A stretch of 64,000 bases of DNA from Eledone cirrhosa (Eukaryota). Where the stretch lies: assembly GCA_964016885.1 (NCBI GenBank), contig OZ024742.1:213962001-214026000 (forward strand), in the 5' to 3' direction. The notes under the pieces are model-generated. The model was given only the letters and a program-made list of their open reading frames with translations, was not told the DNA's origin and searched no databases. This document shows positions 23,966-39,734 of the stretch, one piece after another (positions within the stretch are counted from its first letter, which is position 1; each line of letters opens with the position of its first letter). Both the position numbers and the translations under genes were made by a program.

Positions 23966-24891
23966 ACAATTATGAAGATATACAGATAGGTAGTTGTAGA
24001 GAGATAGGTTGACAGAGTGACAATATAGAGCGACGGATGACAGAAATAGATAGACATATATCTAGACAAACAGACAGATAAACTGGCAGATAGATAGACA
24101 GATAGGTAGAGAAATAGACAGTAAGGTAAATGGATAAATGTTCTTTTTATCTAGAGAAACAGCTCCGATAACCCCCTATAAACGGCGGCGAAGATTCGAA
24201 ACCAAATCTGAGCGTTCCCTTGGAGATGCTAAACACAGGACAGAGGTTGTTTACACCTGGCAGAATATAGGTCTGAGGATATATCCATCCTTCTGAGTTG
24301 TTTACGCCTGGCAAACCAGTCCCCTGGGAGATACTAACCAAGGTCAGAGGATATATCTATCCTTCTAACTTCAACACTTATAAATACAAGTGTTGTTTAT
24401 GTCCCGGAGAAAAAGTGGACTACAGACAAGACAGATCGCATTTACACGCTCTAGTCACGAAAAACGTCTGCCTACTAAATTCTCACACGCCTGGCTGAGT
24501 GATTACTACTACTGCTAAAACAAGAAAGTATCCTAATACGCACACACACAGTAAGTTCACACTGCTTGCATTTTTATACGTACCATTTCTGTCTCATTGT
24601 ATCTTTCAGATACAATACAAATTATATTATAATCGTATTCAGTGATACTTGCATTTACGTGGCTCGAAGAGCCACCAAATTATTGTACGAATATTTCACG
24701 TTATAGATTTTATCATTCAATATTCAAATTGTTATAATAAAATAAACTTTGTAACAACACAATCCTAGTATTATTCTTTGCATTGAAACCATCATACCAA
24801 CAATTTCATCTATCCACTTATCCGTTACAACCGGAATATTCGCTACATCCCTTATCATCTTGTCAACAATATGTTTGTATGTGTGTGTGTA

Positions 24892-25091
24892 NNNNNNNNN
24901 NNNNNNNNNNNNNNNNNNNNNNNNNNNNNNNNNNNNNNNNNNNNNNNNNNNNNNNNNNNNNNNNNNNNNNNNNNNNNNNNNNNNNNNNNNNNNNNNNNNN
25001 NNNNNNNNNNNNNNNNNNNNNNNNNNNNNNNNNNNNNNNNNNNNNNNNNNNNNNNNNNNNNNNNNNNNNNNNNNNNNNNNNNNNNNNNNNN
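24892..25091. other. Assembly gap (200 N)
   Basis: N run between (GT)n and (TA)n. Confidence 1.
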
Positions 25092-25156
<65 letters not shown>

Positions 25157-25209
25157 ATATATAGTATATATATATTATATATATACTATATATATATATA
25201 TTATATATA

Positions 25210-25267
<58 letters not shown>

Positions 25268-25671
25268 GTGCGTATGTATAAGCTGATAACAACTAAAATT
25301 GGATTCATTTTTCTTCCATAGCCTCCTACTGTCAGTTTGAATAAAAATATTATATTCGGTAGTGTCAGGGAAAATTTCTCCTGGCAAGTCATTTCGTTTG
25401 TAATGCGCCTGATTATATTAATTGATTATAGAATTTACTGTCGAATAGTTTTGGCGAAACTTTCTACTGAACTTACTTTGACGTCAAGTTTTATATTACC
25501 TGAATCTGAAACTAAATATAAAAGAAAGAAAGAAACAGAATAAGAAAAACATATCCTGCTAATCGATTGCAGCTAGATAGGAAATGTTCGCTGAATAGAC
25601 AAATATATTGTTAGTGAGCTACACAAAGTATTGGGTCTTGAGTTTAATCAACTACATGTATGAACTTATGT

Positions 25672-25822
25672 TCACGTGGTTAAGACGTTTCATTTGGAAC
25701 CACGTTGTTCTCGGTTCAGTCATACTCCCAGCAGCTTAAGAACACGTCTTTTATCATAGCATTGGGTTTACTCAAATCTTGTGATTAAAGTTGAGTCGAT
25801 CGAAAATGTATGGAAGTCCATC
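25672..25822 (+). mobile_element. Diverged tRNA-derived SINE
   Basis: A-box-like GTGGTTAAGA and B-box-like CGGTTCAGTC, followed by a SINE-like body. Confidence 0.55.
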
Positions 25823-26464
25823 AGTTGTGCTGTAACTTTTCAGTTTTATTCTAGCGGAGTCCACTCTTTGCAAGCATTCGGTGAGAGAATCCCTTCATCA
25901 AGTGTAATTCATAATAGTGACAGCCATCTATGAGTTAATGATTGAATCCCCACCACTTTAAATCTGTCTCGGAGATTCTGAATAAAATCACATGCTTTCC
26001 TTCCTTTATCAAAGTATGAAAAAATAACCGTTTGTATGGGAGAATATGTGTATTAAATTTTCTAAACCCACTTCATTTTTCTATAAACTATTAAGGATGC
26101 CTTCATGTCTTTACATGTCAAGTAGACTGCTCTGTCGTGGAGACTTAGACAATAGGAAGCAGTAATTAAAAATCCTATATATAAATACCATTGGAATTTT
26201 AATAGGAACTGTAAGAAGAAAAATCAAATCATGAAATAAGTGAGTATTTACCATCTTTAATAGTTTCTAAGTAGTAATTATCGTAACATTATTATACATT
26301 TTTACACCAAGAAAAAAATTTAAATGTAGAGGCGTAATGGAACTTTATGGCATATAAGTCACCTTCATCGCAATTTGTGTCATGCGTTTTATGGCATAGA
26401 ATAAGAAGTAGACCGTGGGGAAAGTGTACTATATTACCTCTATAGTACTATTCCCCGGGGCAGC

Positions 26465-26625
26465 ATCAACATATAGAAATAGCCAAATCAGTCCCGAATA
26501 TCACACCAATGTCTTAAAAAATAGGGACACATTGGCAAATGAAGTTCTATATATACCCTGAGAAATCTTAAAGAAGACACTTTGATCTCATCTGAAATAT
26601 ATTTGATTACAGTCTTCTTTAATCA
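26465..26625 (-). mobile_element. Dispersed SINE-like repeat copy
   Basis: Reverse complement contains ggtgtgatattcgggactgatttggctatttcta, as in the 4735/7530/13345 copies. Confidence 0.4.
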
Positions 26626-26809
26626 GCAGTAAAATATATAGCGAGATACTACCTACGCTATCAGATTGAAGCCATGTTGAGTCTACTTTGGAGAAAATAA
26701 AGGAAGCTTTTTCGTTGCCTTCCTTCTGGGTATTTGTTTTACAAAACATCACTTTGTCGCCTAGATACAGAAAAGTTCTCTTAACCTGCCTAAATATTCA
26801 GAAGATAAA

Positions 26810-26945
26810 TGGCCGGAACAACGCAAAATATTTTGTCAAATGTTTTAGTAATTCTGCTAATACACTGGACTGGAACTTGATTTTATTGACCCCGAAACGA
26901 TGAAAGGTAAAATTGACCAAAACGGGATTTAACATCAGAATGCCA
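26810..26945 (-). mobile_element. SINE copy (same core as 10778-10955)
   Basis: ttttattgaccccgaaacgatgaaaggtaaaattgacc is the reverse complement of the core. Confidence 0.55.
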
Positions 26946-27713
26946 ACAGCACGAGTAAGAATAATAATATATTTGGTCCCTTTTTTTAATTTCCATCTTC
27001 AATATACACCTTCCTTTCTCAAAAAGAGCCACAATGGACAATGTGGTTCTTAGATACATTATGCCTGAAAAAATCCATTATCGTTATGTCTTTGATCAAG
27101 GCTAATCTGAAGCTAAACAGAAACAACATTGATAATGGATAAGAAATTTGCCATCGCATTTTAAACAAATATTCCACATGATTCTGTACATGAAATATGC
27201 ACAAGATTTTCGAAGGAAAATTACACTGGAGCATAATTCTATTTGCGTTCGTTTGATTAAACATAAAAATCAAAAAATGTTTCCGAAATATTTGCCAACT
27301 GTTACTGACTGTTAGACAAAGTGCTAGGCTTAGGCAGATCGTAAAATCTTATAGAAGATTTAAACGAAAGGTATATGAATTAGTAGAGGGATGTCGTATA
27401 CATTTAAGTATTTCATTTCGAAGACATGCATGCATAATGGAAATAATATCTTTATGCAAATAGTAGATCTGTTAAGGTATATCGGACGTGTTTTATTTTA
27501 TCTAGACTTACTTCAATCAATATTCCTACATTTATTTCAAATTCAGTGAAGATACCAACTTATACTCATAAAATGTCTCGACAATTCTTCTTGAAATTTA
27601 TGATTCCTTAAGAAGATATCAGCGAGAAAGAATACTCTCAGGCACTGATATAGAGAAAATCAATAATCACTCCATCTTTCTCATTGTGTTTGTGTTTGTT
27701 TATATGCGTATGT

Positions 27714-27849
<136 letters not shown>

Positions 27850-28002
27850 AAGTTTATATGTATTCATCGGTATCAAACGATCCAGAGAAAATGTTCTCGA
27901 TACAACGAAGCTAGAATATTATAAAATATAATGTAAGCTAAAATTGCGAGTGTTGTGCCAATTTTAAAGTAACCAAAAATAAATATGAATGATATAATCT
28001 AA

Positions 28003-28105
<103 letters not shown>

Positions 28106-28704
28106 GATTATCTCATTCATATTTATATGTCTACGAAAATACAGGCATTTAATATGTAAGTTAACAACAAAAAGTTGGAGTGGCTTCATTGAAACATTTG
28201 GATAAAAAATGTTTAATTGAAAAACAGTCAACCAAGAAGAAAAACATTTCAATCGCTAACTGGCCAGCTCAATGATTATTTCACTGCTATTGGAATAACA
28301 GGATGGGAAGAAGGCATCGGCTGGCAGGATGAGAGCTTTTTGTTAACTGTGGAGTAGAAGGGAAGAGATAAACTAGAAGCTAGGAGAAGAAGATGGGCAG
28401 CGCTTCGGCCAACAGAGCCAACCCAATGATAGGACCAAGCTACGGATTTTTGCCGAAACACCCAATGACTATTAGACACCATCTGATGAAGTCAACCCTT
28501 TCTGTTGAAGGCTATATCTACGGAAGGTGAATGAATGGGAAGCATCTACTTTATGATGTACTGATCCTTAAATACGCACATACATACATGCACACCCAGA
28601 CAGACGCACCCAGACACACAGACAAACATACATACACACACGCACAGACACACACACGCACACACACACACACACACATACACAGACACACACATACACA
28701 CACA

Positions 28705-28797
<93 letters not shown>

Positions 28798-29107
28798 GGC
28801 TGAGTGTGAATTGCAGCGAATTAGCCCTCGATATACAAATATAGAAATATTGTAAATGAATTAATATACATAGCAACTAAGCATATGTTTTCATTGGTAC
28901 TCAGTGTTTCATGATGATATCCGATTAACTATAGGAGAAATCTAGCGTGTACTATCAATATTCACCCTTTTCGTAGGCATATATAGATATCTGAAAAGGT
29001 TGAAGATTCATCACGCACGGTAGATTAATTTGCTACAATTAAACGGACACTATTAAGAAATTCTGAGTTTCCAAGAAAAACATTCGCTTAGTTGCTATGC
29101 ATATATA

Positions 29108-29290
29108 ATTGTTTCTACTTTAGGCACAAGGCCAGCAATTACCCAGTGCATTACTGGTACTTTATTTTATCGACCCCGTAAGGATGAAAGACAAAGTCAA
29201 CCTCGGCGGGATTTGAACTCAGATCGTAAAGGGACGTAACTATGCTGGAAAGCATGGCGTCCGACCCTCTACTGATACTGCCAATCCACC
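29108..29290 (-). mobile_element. tRNA-derived SINE (same family as 4358 and 10778)
   Basis: ctggtactttattttatcgaccccgtaaggatgaaagacaaagtcaacctcggcgggatttgaactc = reverse complement of B-box + core. Confidence 0.75.
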
Positions 29291-29589
29291 ACTAACACGC
29301 AAGATATGCACACACAAACACACACACACACACACTCACAGACATACGCGCACACATTTATATATATATATATATGAGAAAAATGGAGAGCTGCGTGGTT
29401 GCACATATGAATAAAATTATTCCTTCATCAGTGATCTACCAACTTTCATTGGTATTTCATCGCTTTAAAAATTATATACCTCTGGTTGGTGCGAGTAATA
29501 ACTCAATAAAGTTATTGGGACAAGTAAAATAGGGTGAAACGAGCGACACATGTAAAAACAAACAACGACGGTATTGCAACGGAAAGATA

Positions 29590-29701
<112 letters not shown>

Positions 29702-32058
29702 CGAAAATATCCGTGGGAAGAAAAATGGAAAATAAAAACTCTATCTCGTGCAAGGGAGTTAATTTATTATCATGATTCAAATATATTGCGCTACATTAGG
29801 TTTCAAGGCCTTGGTATGGTAGCAACTGCAGACTGATTAAGGCGGTGCAGAATGCATTATCCAGCAGTGTCATACATTGGCCTCTGTCATCAGGCGCAGA
29901 AAAAATGTGCAAACAAGATCGTATTATAAATTTGCGTGTGAAAAGGAGCCGAAACTCAGAAAATGTATTTTTCCAATCCCAAAGACAAGAAATACTGTAC
30001 TCTATGAAGGCAAAGTATTGTTTACATTCCATGATCAATGAAATGTTAAAATAATATATGATATTGGATTTTAAAGTCTTTCGCCGTACATCTATGACCT
30101 AGTCACTAACACTCTACATCACTCTATGCAAAAGTTGGATATGCTCATCAATACTAGATATGATTCACATTTTTGCGGTATTCATATTGTGTAGATTCAT
30201 TCATAAGTTAAGAATGTTATTGAATGGTGTCATGAATACATTCCTTTACTGATTGCTATCCTTTCAAACACACAAATAACAATCGTTGGACAATAAATTT
30301 CTTTCAGAATAGATTTCTTCATGAACAAAGAGTAATGTATAAGCAAATGGACACACACCCCTTAACAGGTGTATGTATTCATTTATTCGTACATACGTAC
30401 ATACACACACACACACACATACGCACACATACATATACACACGCACATACATAATACTTACATACAGAATATGTATATGTGTACGTGCATGTTTATGTGT
30501 GTATTTCTGTATATTAGATAAATCACTATTATTAATGTTATAATTATTTATTTATTTATTATCACCATCATCATAAAGCCCTGAAATGGATATGGTTTTC
30601 GAAGTTTGTCAATTTAGCAACCGAATTTGCATGATTTTTGGTTTTGGTTCGTTTCCCTTTGTTAAGGAGCGGAGTAGAAAGTACTTCTGAATATCTCCTC
30701 CATCGGAGAAGAAACCTGCCCAGCTGTTTCTGGTTTACTATCACCTCATCTAGACTGTTTACGATATGCAATACCACATTGGAGCAATTATTATTTTGCT
30801 TGTCTTTGCTGGTATGAATTCCATCACAATATTAGTGACAATCGACTTTATTGGTTTTGGTGCACATCTTTATGCATCTGCTATTTATATCTGGCGGGGC
30901 CGAATCTCTTAATCTCAAATAAATCTATTTGACATTCAAGGACCACATAAAGAAATATATCTCGATATTAGGTATGTATCATCTTTAGTTTCATGAAATA
31001 ACACCCAAGATGTAATTAATTGGTTCAACACTTTAGCATAAATGTAATTAATTGGTTTAACAATTTAGCATAAATGATTATTACGCTTCTGTAACAAACC
31101 CCTACTCATTTTCCGAGATCAGTTGTAAATAGCGATTCAAAAATATATGTAATACTTCGAGTGTAAAATCCTTGAGTAAATTACGTCAGTTACTCTCTAT
31201 GAAAAACTAATCAATACTCCCTTGAGCGTAAGAATCACCTGGAGGGTTTGGGTCTACTGAAGTTATTAACCTCCTATCTTTATTCCTTCAGTTTAGATAA
31301 AAATACCGAATCCCTTCATATTAAGGATGCTAGTTATAGAGATAATTTTCGATTGGATACATTTAGACTACTGAATATTTTAGATTAATAATTACCATAA
31401 ACACATTTATAATTGCTTAATTCTGAGAAGTAACGCTTTGTATTACTAGTTTTGCAAACCCAATAAAGTGCTACACTGTTTCTGGAAATAATCTAACCAG
31501 TCAAAGAATTTAATTATCAATTTAGTTAAACTATTTGACTGAAATTGTTTAAATTTTGTACAAATAAATGTTTAATGATTATTCCCAATATTATAACGAC
31601 ACCTCTAGAATTAATTTTAAGGATGAATCGCATATACTGAAAAATATACTGTAATATTCACATATACAAATAGAAAAATGATATATTAGTTGGTATTATA
31701 CCCAGGTCAACTCATCAATAGCTTCCCCCTATTATTATTCAATTTACATACGGCACTCTCCCTGCTTGAGAAAAATAAGTTCACTTTTATTACTGCTGTA
31801 AAACGGGAATAGTATACCAGAGGCACCCTGTTCATACCATGGCAGAACAAAGGAGACGCTTGTAATCAGGTTTGTCACCATATGACATGAATGCTTTCAC
31901 AGATGTGACCAAATAATTTTTATCTTTAGTAAGACAGATCCTACACAGAAATACAACGAGCTCTTTTGTTTAAATATCACTATCAGGTATGTTTTTATAG
32001 TTAATACTGCTTCCCAGAATACACACTATTATAAAAAAAAACAAATAACAACAGAATC

Positions 32059-32735
<677 letters not shown>

Positions 32736-32763
32736 CTAGTTGTTAGTTATATATGTATATACA

Positions 32764-32810
<47 letters not shown>

Positions 32811-32830
32811 CTAACAACTAGTTATATTAT

Positions 32831-32880
<50 letters not shown>

Positions 32881-32884
<4 letters not shown>

Positions 32885-33430
32885 AAAATAATAAATTTGA
32901 AGACTAAAATCCAAAGAGGGCTCGATACGGATAAATATATATCAAATATATAAGAACCGTACAGCAAATATTTATTAAAATAACAGATTAAAGTTTAAGC
33001 AAAGAATCGCTGCTTTCACCCTTAGCGGGATCTTCTGAAACTAACAAAGTCAATCTGTAAACGCAGAACTGGATATTTCAAAAAATGTTGCACCCAGAGG
33101 AAGACAGGAAGACGATACTTTGGTTCGTGGTAACGTTCGCTGGCTAAGAACGGAAAAACACGAATATAATACGTCATTAATAGGAGCGGTGAAAAACAAT
33201 TACGCGCAAAGACAGAACCACTTTTATGGTATAAAAGAGGTCGTAGACTAATGTTCTCTTATGTGGTGCATAGAGACGTTCTCTGGCAATCAACGAAAAA
33301 AACGAAGATAATACGTCATATGTGGAGCGTAGAGAACAATAGCACGCAAAGACAAAATCACGTAAATGGTATAGCAGAAGTCGTAGACTAAATTCTAACT
33401 AGGAGACCGAATGAATCTCCGCTACAGAAT
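32881..33430 (-). mobile_element. Probable PLE-derived non-coding repeat with internal ~140-bp diverged direct repeat
   Basis: Degenerate HHR (CAGAAGA-tCCC..GGGt-GAAA) at 33010-33035 (-); repeats ~33155-33252 / 33297-33391. Confidence 0.35.
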
Positions 33431-33950
33431 TAAGAACAAAGTAAATAAATACAATACAGAAGTAATAGAAATAAATAAATACATAACACGCAAACAAATA
33501 CGTACATACACAAGCATACGCAAAAACTTACCATAGGTAAACAAAACCACGCACATATAAATATGTGTGCGTGTGTAAGCGTGTATACAAATAAATATAT
33601 AATTATATAAACGTATATAAATAAATAAATACGTATATAACAAGCGCACACACATACCTACATGTAAATACACGAATGTTCGGAGACGTAAGTCAACCAA
33701 AACATGAAGTACACATAACACACGCCCTACATACGTACGAACCTACATACTCACACAGACGCAAAACTCCCGTATACACATAGCCGAACCATATGTACCA
33801 GAATTAATATATATTTATATATATATAAGTTGAAAAAAATGAAAACGAAAAACGAAATTTCATTTCTCACTCTTAGTATGGCACTTACTTAAATGTAAGT
33901 ATGTATGTATACGTACATACATATATGTATACAGACGTACAGTAGCATGC

Positions 33951-33983
<33 letters not shown>

Positions 33984-34149
33984 TATACATACATACATGC
34001 AGGTACACATACATATATGCACGCATCAGTTTAGCAGACGCTTATTATAGCGCTTGCTTTGTTCGTTTGTCAACAAACTGAACAGCCTGAATTTATGCCA
34101 TACGGTGTTAAGGCAACCACATCACCTTTTTGTTCAACACTGACACAGG

Positions 34150-34194
34150 AACGATGTACTAGTTTCAAGCTTGTTAGCTATCATCAGCACCGTT
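34150..34194 (-). ncRNA. Minimal type I hammerhead ribozyme (unit 1)
   Basis: AACGGTG-CTGATGA-tAGCtaacaaGCTt-GAA-ACTAGT-A-CATCGTT: intact core, palindromic stem III, GUA triplet. Confidence 0.8.
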
Positions 34195-34632
34195 TACCCA
34201 TCTGCCAGATAGTTGAACGTTCGAAAGTATATACTTTCCTTATGAAAAATTAACGGCTGAGCAGCCTAATTTGCATATTGAGTGAGTTAAATCGGTCAGG
34301 CATACCGAAAACGATAAGTTGAAAAAAATGAAAACGAAAAACGAAATTTCATTTCTCACTCTTAGTATGGCACTTACTTAAATGTAAGTATGTATGTATA
34401 CGTACATACATATATGTATACAGACGTACAGTAGCATGTATATATATATATATATATATACATATATATACATACATACATGCAGGTACACATACATATA
34501 TGCACGCATCAGTTTAGCAGACGCTTATTATAGCGCTTGCTTTGTTCGTTTGTCAACAAACTGAACAGCCTGAATTTATGCCATACGGTGTTAAGGCAAC
34601 CACGTCACCTTTTTGTTCAACACTGACACAGG

Positions 34633-34677
34633 AACGATGTACTAGTTTCAAGCTTGTTAGCTATCATCAGCACCGTT
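34633..34677 (-). ncRNA. Minimal type I hammerhead ribozyme (unit 2)
   Basis: Identical to the unit 1 motif. Confidence 0.8.
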
Positions 34678-34922
34678 TACCCATCTGCCAGATAGTTGAA
34701 CGTTCGAAAGTATATACTTTCCTTATGAAAAATTAACGGCTGAGCAGCCTAATTTGCATATTGAGTGAGTTAAATCGGTCAGGCATACCGAAAACGATAA
34801 GTTGAAAAAAATGAAAACGAAAAACGAAATTTCATTTCTCACTCTTAGTATGGCACTTACTTAAATGTAAGTATGTATGTATACGTACATACATATATGT
34901 ATACAGACGTACAGTAGCATGC

Positions 34923-34955
<33 letters not shown>

Positions 34956-35121
34956 TATACATACATACATGCAGGTACACATACATATATGCACGCATCA
35001 GTTTAGCAGACGCTTATTATAGCGCTTGCTTTGTTCGTTTGTCAACAAACTGAACAGCCTGAATTTATGCCATACAGTGTTAAGGCAACCACGTCACCTT
35101 TTTGTTCAACACTGACACAGG

Positions 35122-35166
35122 AACGATGTACTAGTTTCAAGCTTGTTAGCTATCATCAGCACCGTT
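35122..35166 (-). ncRNA. Minimal type I hammerhead ribozyme (unit 3)
   Basis: Identical to the unit 1 motif. Confidence 0.8.
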
Positions 35167-35421
35167 TACCCATCTGCCAGATAGTTGAACGTTCGAAAGT
35201 ATATACTTTCCTTATGAAAAATTAACGGCTGAGCAGCCTAATTTGCATATTGAGTGAGTTAAATCGGTCAGGCATACCGAAAACGATAAGTTGAAAAAAA
35301 TGAAAACGAAAAACGAAATTTCATTTCTCACTCTTAGTATGGCACTTACTTAAATGTAAGTATGGCACTTACTTAAATATGCGTGCATATATGTATGTGT
35401 ACCTGCATGTATGTATGTATA

Positions 35422-35460
<39 letters not shown>

Positions 35461-36748
35461 GCTACTGTACGTCTGTATACATATATGTATGTACGTATAC
35501 ATACATACTTACATATATATATATATATATTGGTAAAAGGAAAAGAAAATGCTGACAAATTGTTCCCAGTGAAAAATAGTTTAATTAGGAATAATTAAAA
35601 ATTGGTAATAAATATTGGTTAGTATTCAGTTTTGGTTTTAAGTTTTTACCGGTTGCGCATTTCTAATGCTTTTCAAAATTAATTTTGAGATAGAGCGCCC
35701 ATGATGTTTGCTCTAATCTGATTAGTTTTGGAAATCCTACCTGTTTTATGTGAAAAAAGTGGCTCCAGAGGTATTAAAATAAGTTTCGCGCCAATTTGTG
35801 GTGCAAAAATTCTTGTGGTCAAAAGAATTTTGATTGGTCGGTAGAGGTCACGTGAATGTTAAAAATTGATTTTGCGCCAAATGTAGGTTTGTCCAAGAGT
35901 GTCCTTTTTCGCCTGATTGAGAAGTCACTGAAAAATAAGTCTTTTAAGACAAATATGTGTGTGTGTGTGTAGTAAAGAGGTTCATTGTTGTGATAATGGT
36001 CAGTAGGGATGTGTGTGTGAATTGCAGTCATGTTGAAAGGTCAACAGTTCAGGTGCCTATTAAGACAAATATGTGTGTGTGTGTGTGTGTGTGTGTAGCA
36101 GAGTAATTCGTGGTAGAGAGATCGGTCAGTAGGAATGTGTCTGTACGTGTGTGGGGGATATTTTAACATCTTGAAATATATATTTCAGCTCTTGTCTTAT
36201 ACGGAGAAGTGTGTGTGTGTGTGTGTGTATATGTCTCTTTGTATGTTAGTGTACGCGTCTGTATGTGTGTGTGTATATATGTGTGTGTGTGTATATGTGT
36301 GTATGTGTGTGTGGGGGTGGTGGGGGGTGGACCAGCATTTTTGTGATACTTGTAAAAATGGTGCACATTATTCGATATTTTCAGCAAAAACGATTCTCTC
36401 AAGAGAACATCAAAAACATTAATAATAAAAGGTGTGAAATGATATATAGTATTGTCATAACACCAAGGTGTGTGTGAGTGTCCAGATTGTACGTACTGCA
36501 AGGGGAATCCATTAGGCCCTGCCGTATTGGAATACTTGTGTACAACTATGTATGTGCCCATCAGTGTGCAATGCATGTGTGCGTATATGTATGTGTGTGT
36601 GTCGGCACGTTTATATCTATAGACATCAAAAGGTATGCAAATTTGTGTATTTTACGTATGTCATTGTGTTTATATGTGGATAGAGATGTATGTAGGATGT
36701 ATGCTGATGTAGGTATGTATGTTGACGTGTGTATGTTGTGGGTTCGTC

Positions 36749-37896
36749 TTAGGGAGAAGTGTTTAGACGGGGTCAGTATTTGTTAATAAAGTGAGATTCC
36801 TTGCTTATGCGCTGGGTGTGGGTGGCATTACCTTTAAATTTGTAGAGGGGAAAGATTCTAAAGTTGGGATGATTTTGGGCGGCACAGGTATCAATGTGTT
36901 CACTCAGTGGTACTTTCCTGTATTCCCGTATTTTAATTTGGGATCTATGGACAGTCATGCGTTGGCGGAGGCTGTTTTTGGTCTGGCCTATGTATTGTTC
37001 TCGATAACCTGGCGTGTTAATACATATATTAGATTTTCTGATGCGCATGTGAAATTGTGTTTTACTATAAAGCGTTGTCCTTCTTTGAAATAGAATTCCG
37101 AACCCTCTATTAGGTTGATGCATATGCCACAGTTGGGTCTATCGCATTTTTTTACTGTGGGTTTCGTCGTTGTGGCTGGCAGTCCTTTGGCATGTGTTAG
37201 GATGTTTTTCATTGACTTAGATTGTCTTTTGCTCTTTATGATATCGTGTGTTCGAAGCATTTGGTTCATTCTATGGTCCTTTTTTAACACAGGGATGTTC
37301 TGGAGGATGGTGTCAAAGGCCTCATTGTTGAGGGGGTTGTGTGTGGAGATGTATGGAAGAGCTTTTAGTTTCGGTTGATTTACTTTAGGGTGTCTAAGGT
37401 CCTGGGTACTGAGTTTTAGGGCACGTTGGATTCCATTGTCAATTAGTGATGCACGGTAGTCCCTGCCTATGAGTGTGTCCTTTAGTTCTTGTAGCCGTAA
37501 GTAACAGGTGTTTTTATTGGAGACTATAGTACAGATTCTCTTGGCTAAGTTGTAGGGAATATTAATTTTAACGTGTCTAGGGTGGCAAGAGTTGAAAGGA
37601 AGATATTGCTTGGAGTCTGTGGGCTTGTACTATATGTCTGTTTCTATTTTTTTGTTATGAATCTTAATGAGGATGTCGAGGAAGGGGAGTTGTTAATGGC
37701 TGTATTCCATCGTAAAGTTAATATTCGTGTTGAGCACATTTATAAGGGTGTGAAATTCTTCAAGTTTCTCGATGTTTTCGTGCCAAAGGATGAAGCAGTC
37801 ATCTAGATATCGCTTCCAGTTCTTTTCTATGTGTAAGTGGAGAGTGTTTCCAAATTTGTTTAGTACTTTAGTGTAGAGGGTGATTTCCAGGTATCC
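36749..37896 (-). mobile_element. 5'-truncated Penelope-like element, Neptune type (RT C-terminus + Zn linker + GIY-YIG), frameshifted
   Basis: WKRYLDDCF, LPFLDI, YKPTDSKQYL..SCHP, CDRPNCGIC, FTCASENLIY..QYIGQT..LRQRMTVH, E..FI...P.LN. Confidence 0.92.
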
Positions 37897-38744
<848 letters not shown>

Positions 38745-39734
38745 ATACCTATATGTACATATATACATATATGTTCTTACATAGATATGTGTGAGTGTAT
38801 AAATGTATATATGTATGTGCTTATAAATGAGTGCATTATATAATTAACCCAAACCATTGTTTGCCTGAAGTAATATAAAACAAACTTGTGCTGTACTTTC
38901 GTTGTGATATTTAACGGTTTCTCAAAAATGCATTATGACAAAAACATTAAAATTGTCTGTGTTAATATTTCTTTGTTATTAAGTACAAAGACAACCTCTA
39001 GAGATTGATAAAGTGTTCGTGATGTTCTTGTAGTGATATCACTCTGTTCAGTTAAAATAACTCTCATTTTCCTTCCCCCTCTCTCTGTTTTCCTACCCCT
39101 CTTCCTTTTCCTATGTCTCTTCGTATTTCTCAGTTCTTTCAACTCCCTCTCCTTCTATTTCTTTCTCTCGTTAGCTCTCACTATCTGTCTCATTTTATTT
39201 AAAGTAACTGGTGAGGACACACATCTTAATGTAAAGACATTACAAATGATATTAGCAGCCTCGATAGTTCTTAACAGCAGAATAAAATCATCATCATCAT
39301 CATCATTGTCATGATCATCATCATCACCGTGATCAATAACATCATCAGCAGCAGCAACAGCACCAGAAGTAGTAGTGTTAGCATAAGCAGTAGATGTAGT
39401 AGCAACAACAGCAGCAGCAGCAGTAAGTAGTAGCAGCAATAACAGAAGCAGTATTAGCACAAGTAACAGCAGTATCATTATTATTAGTAGTAATATTGAT
39501 TGCAAAGATAATCACGATAGTTGTGATGTAGCTTATAATGATGATGATAATTGTGACAATAAAAATCAGGTGGTGATGACGATATAGGTGACATTGACAG
39601 TCGTAACTACAATCATGACTGTACTGAACGAAATGTCAATATCGATGATGAAGATGTATAGACAATAATATCGAAGAAAATACAACACTGAAAAATAATA
39701 CCACGACCACCACCACCACCACCACCATCACCCG

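Larger units (their letters stand above)
33825..35363 (-). repeat. Tandem array of 489/483/489-bp units plus a partial 4th unit, each full unit with a hammerhead (retrozyme-like)
   Basis: Unit starts at 33825, 34314, 34797 and 35286; units differ mainly in internal (TA)n length; inverted partial copy at 35379-35514. Confidence 0.92.

Noticed and set aside
27000-27620. Possible hAT transposase C-terminal remnant
   Set aside because: Only a vague ICQLLLTV resemblance with many stops; cannot be supported without a profile search.
28470-29470. CTGATGA motifs at ~28482 (+) and ~29430 (-)
   Set aside because: No downstream GAAA with closing stems.
34059-35225. 64-aa ORF repeated three times
   Set aside because: Non-ATG (TTG) start, no recognisable motif, antisense to the HHR; it recurs only because of the tandem array.
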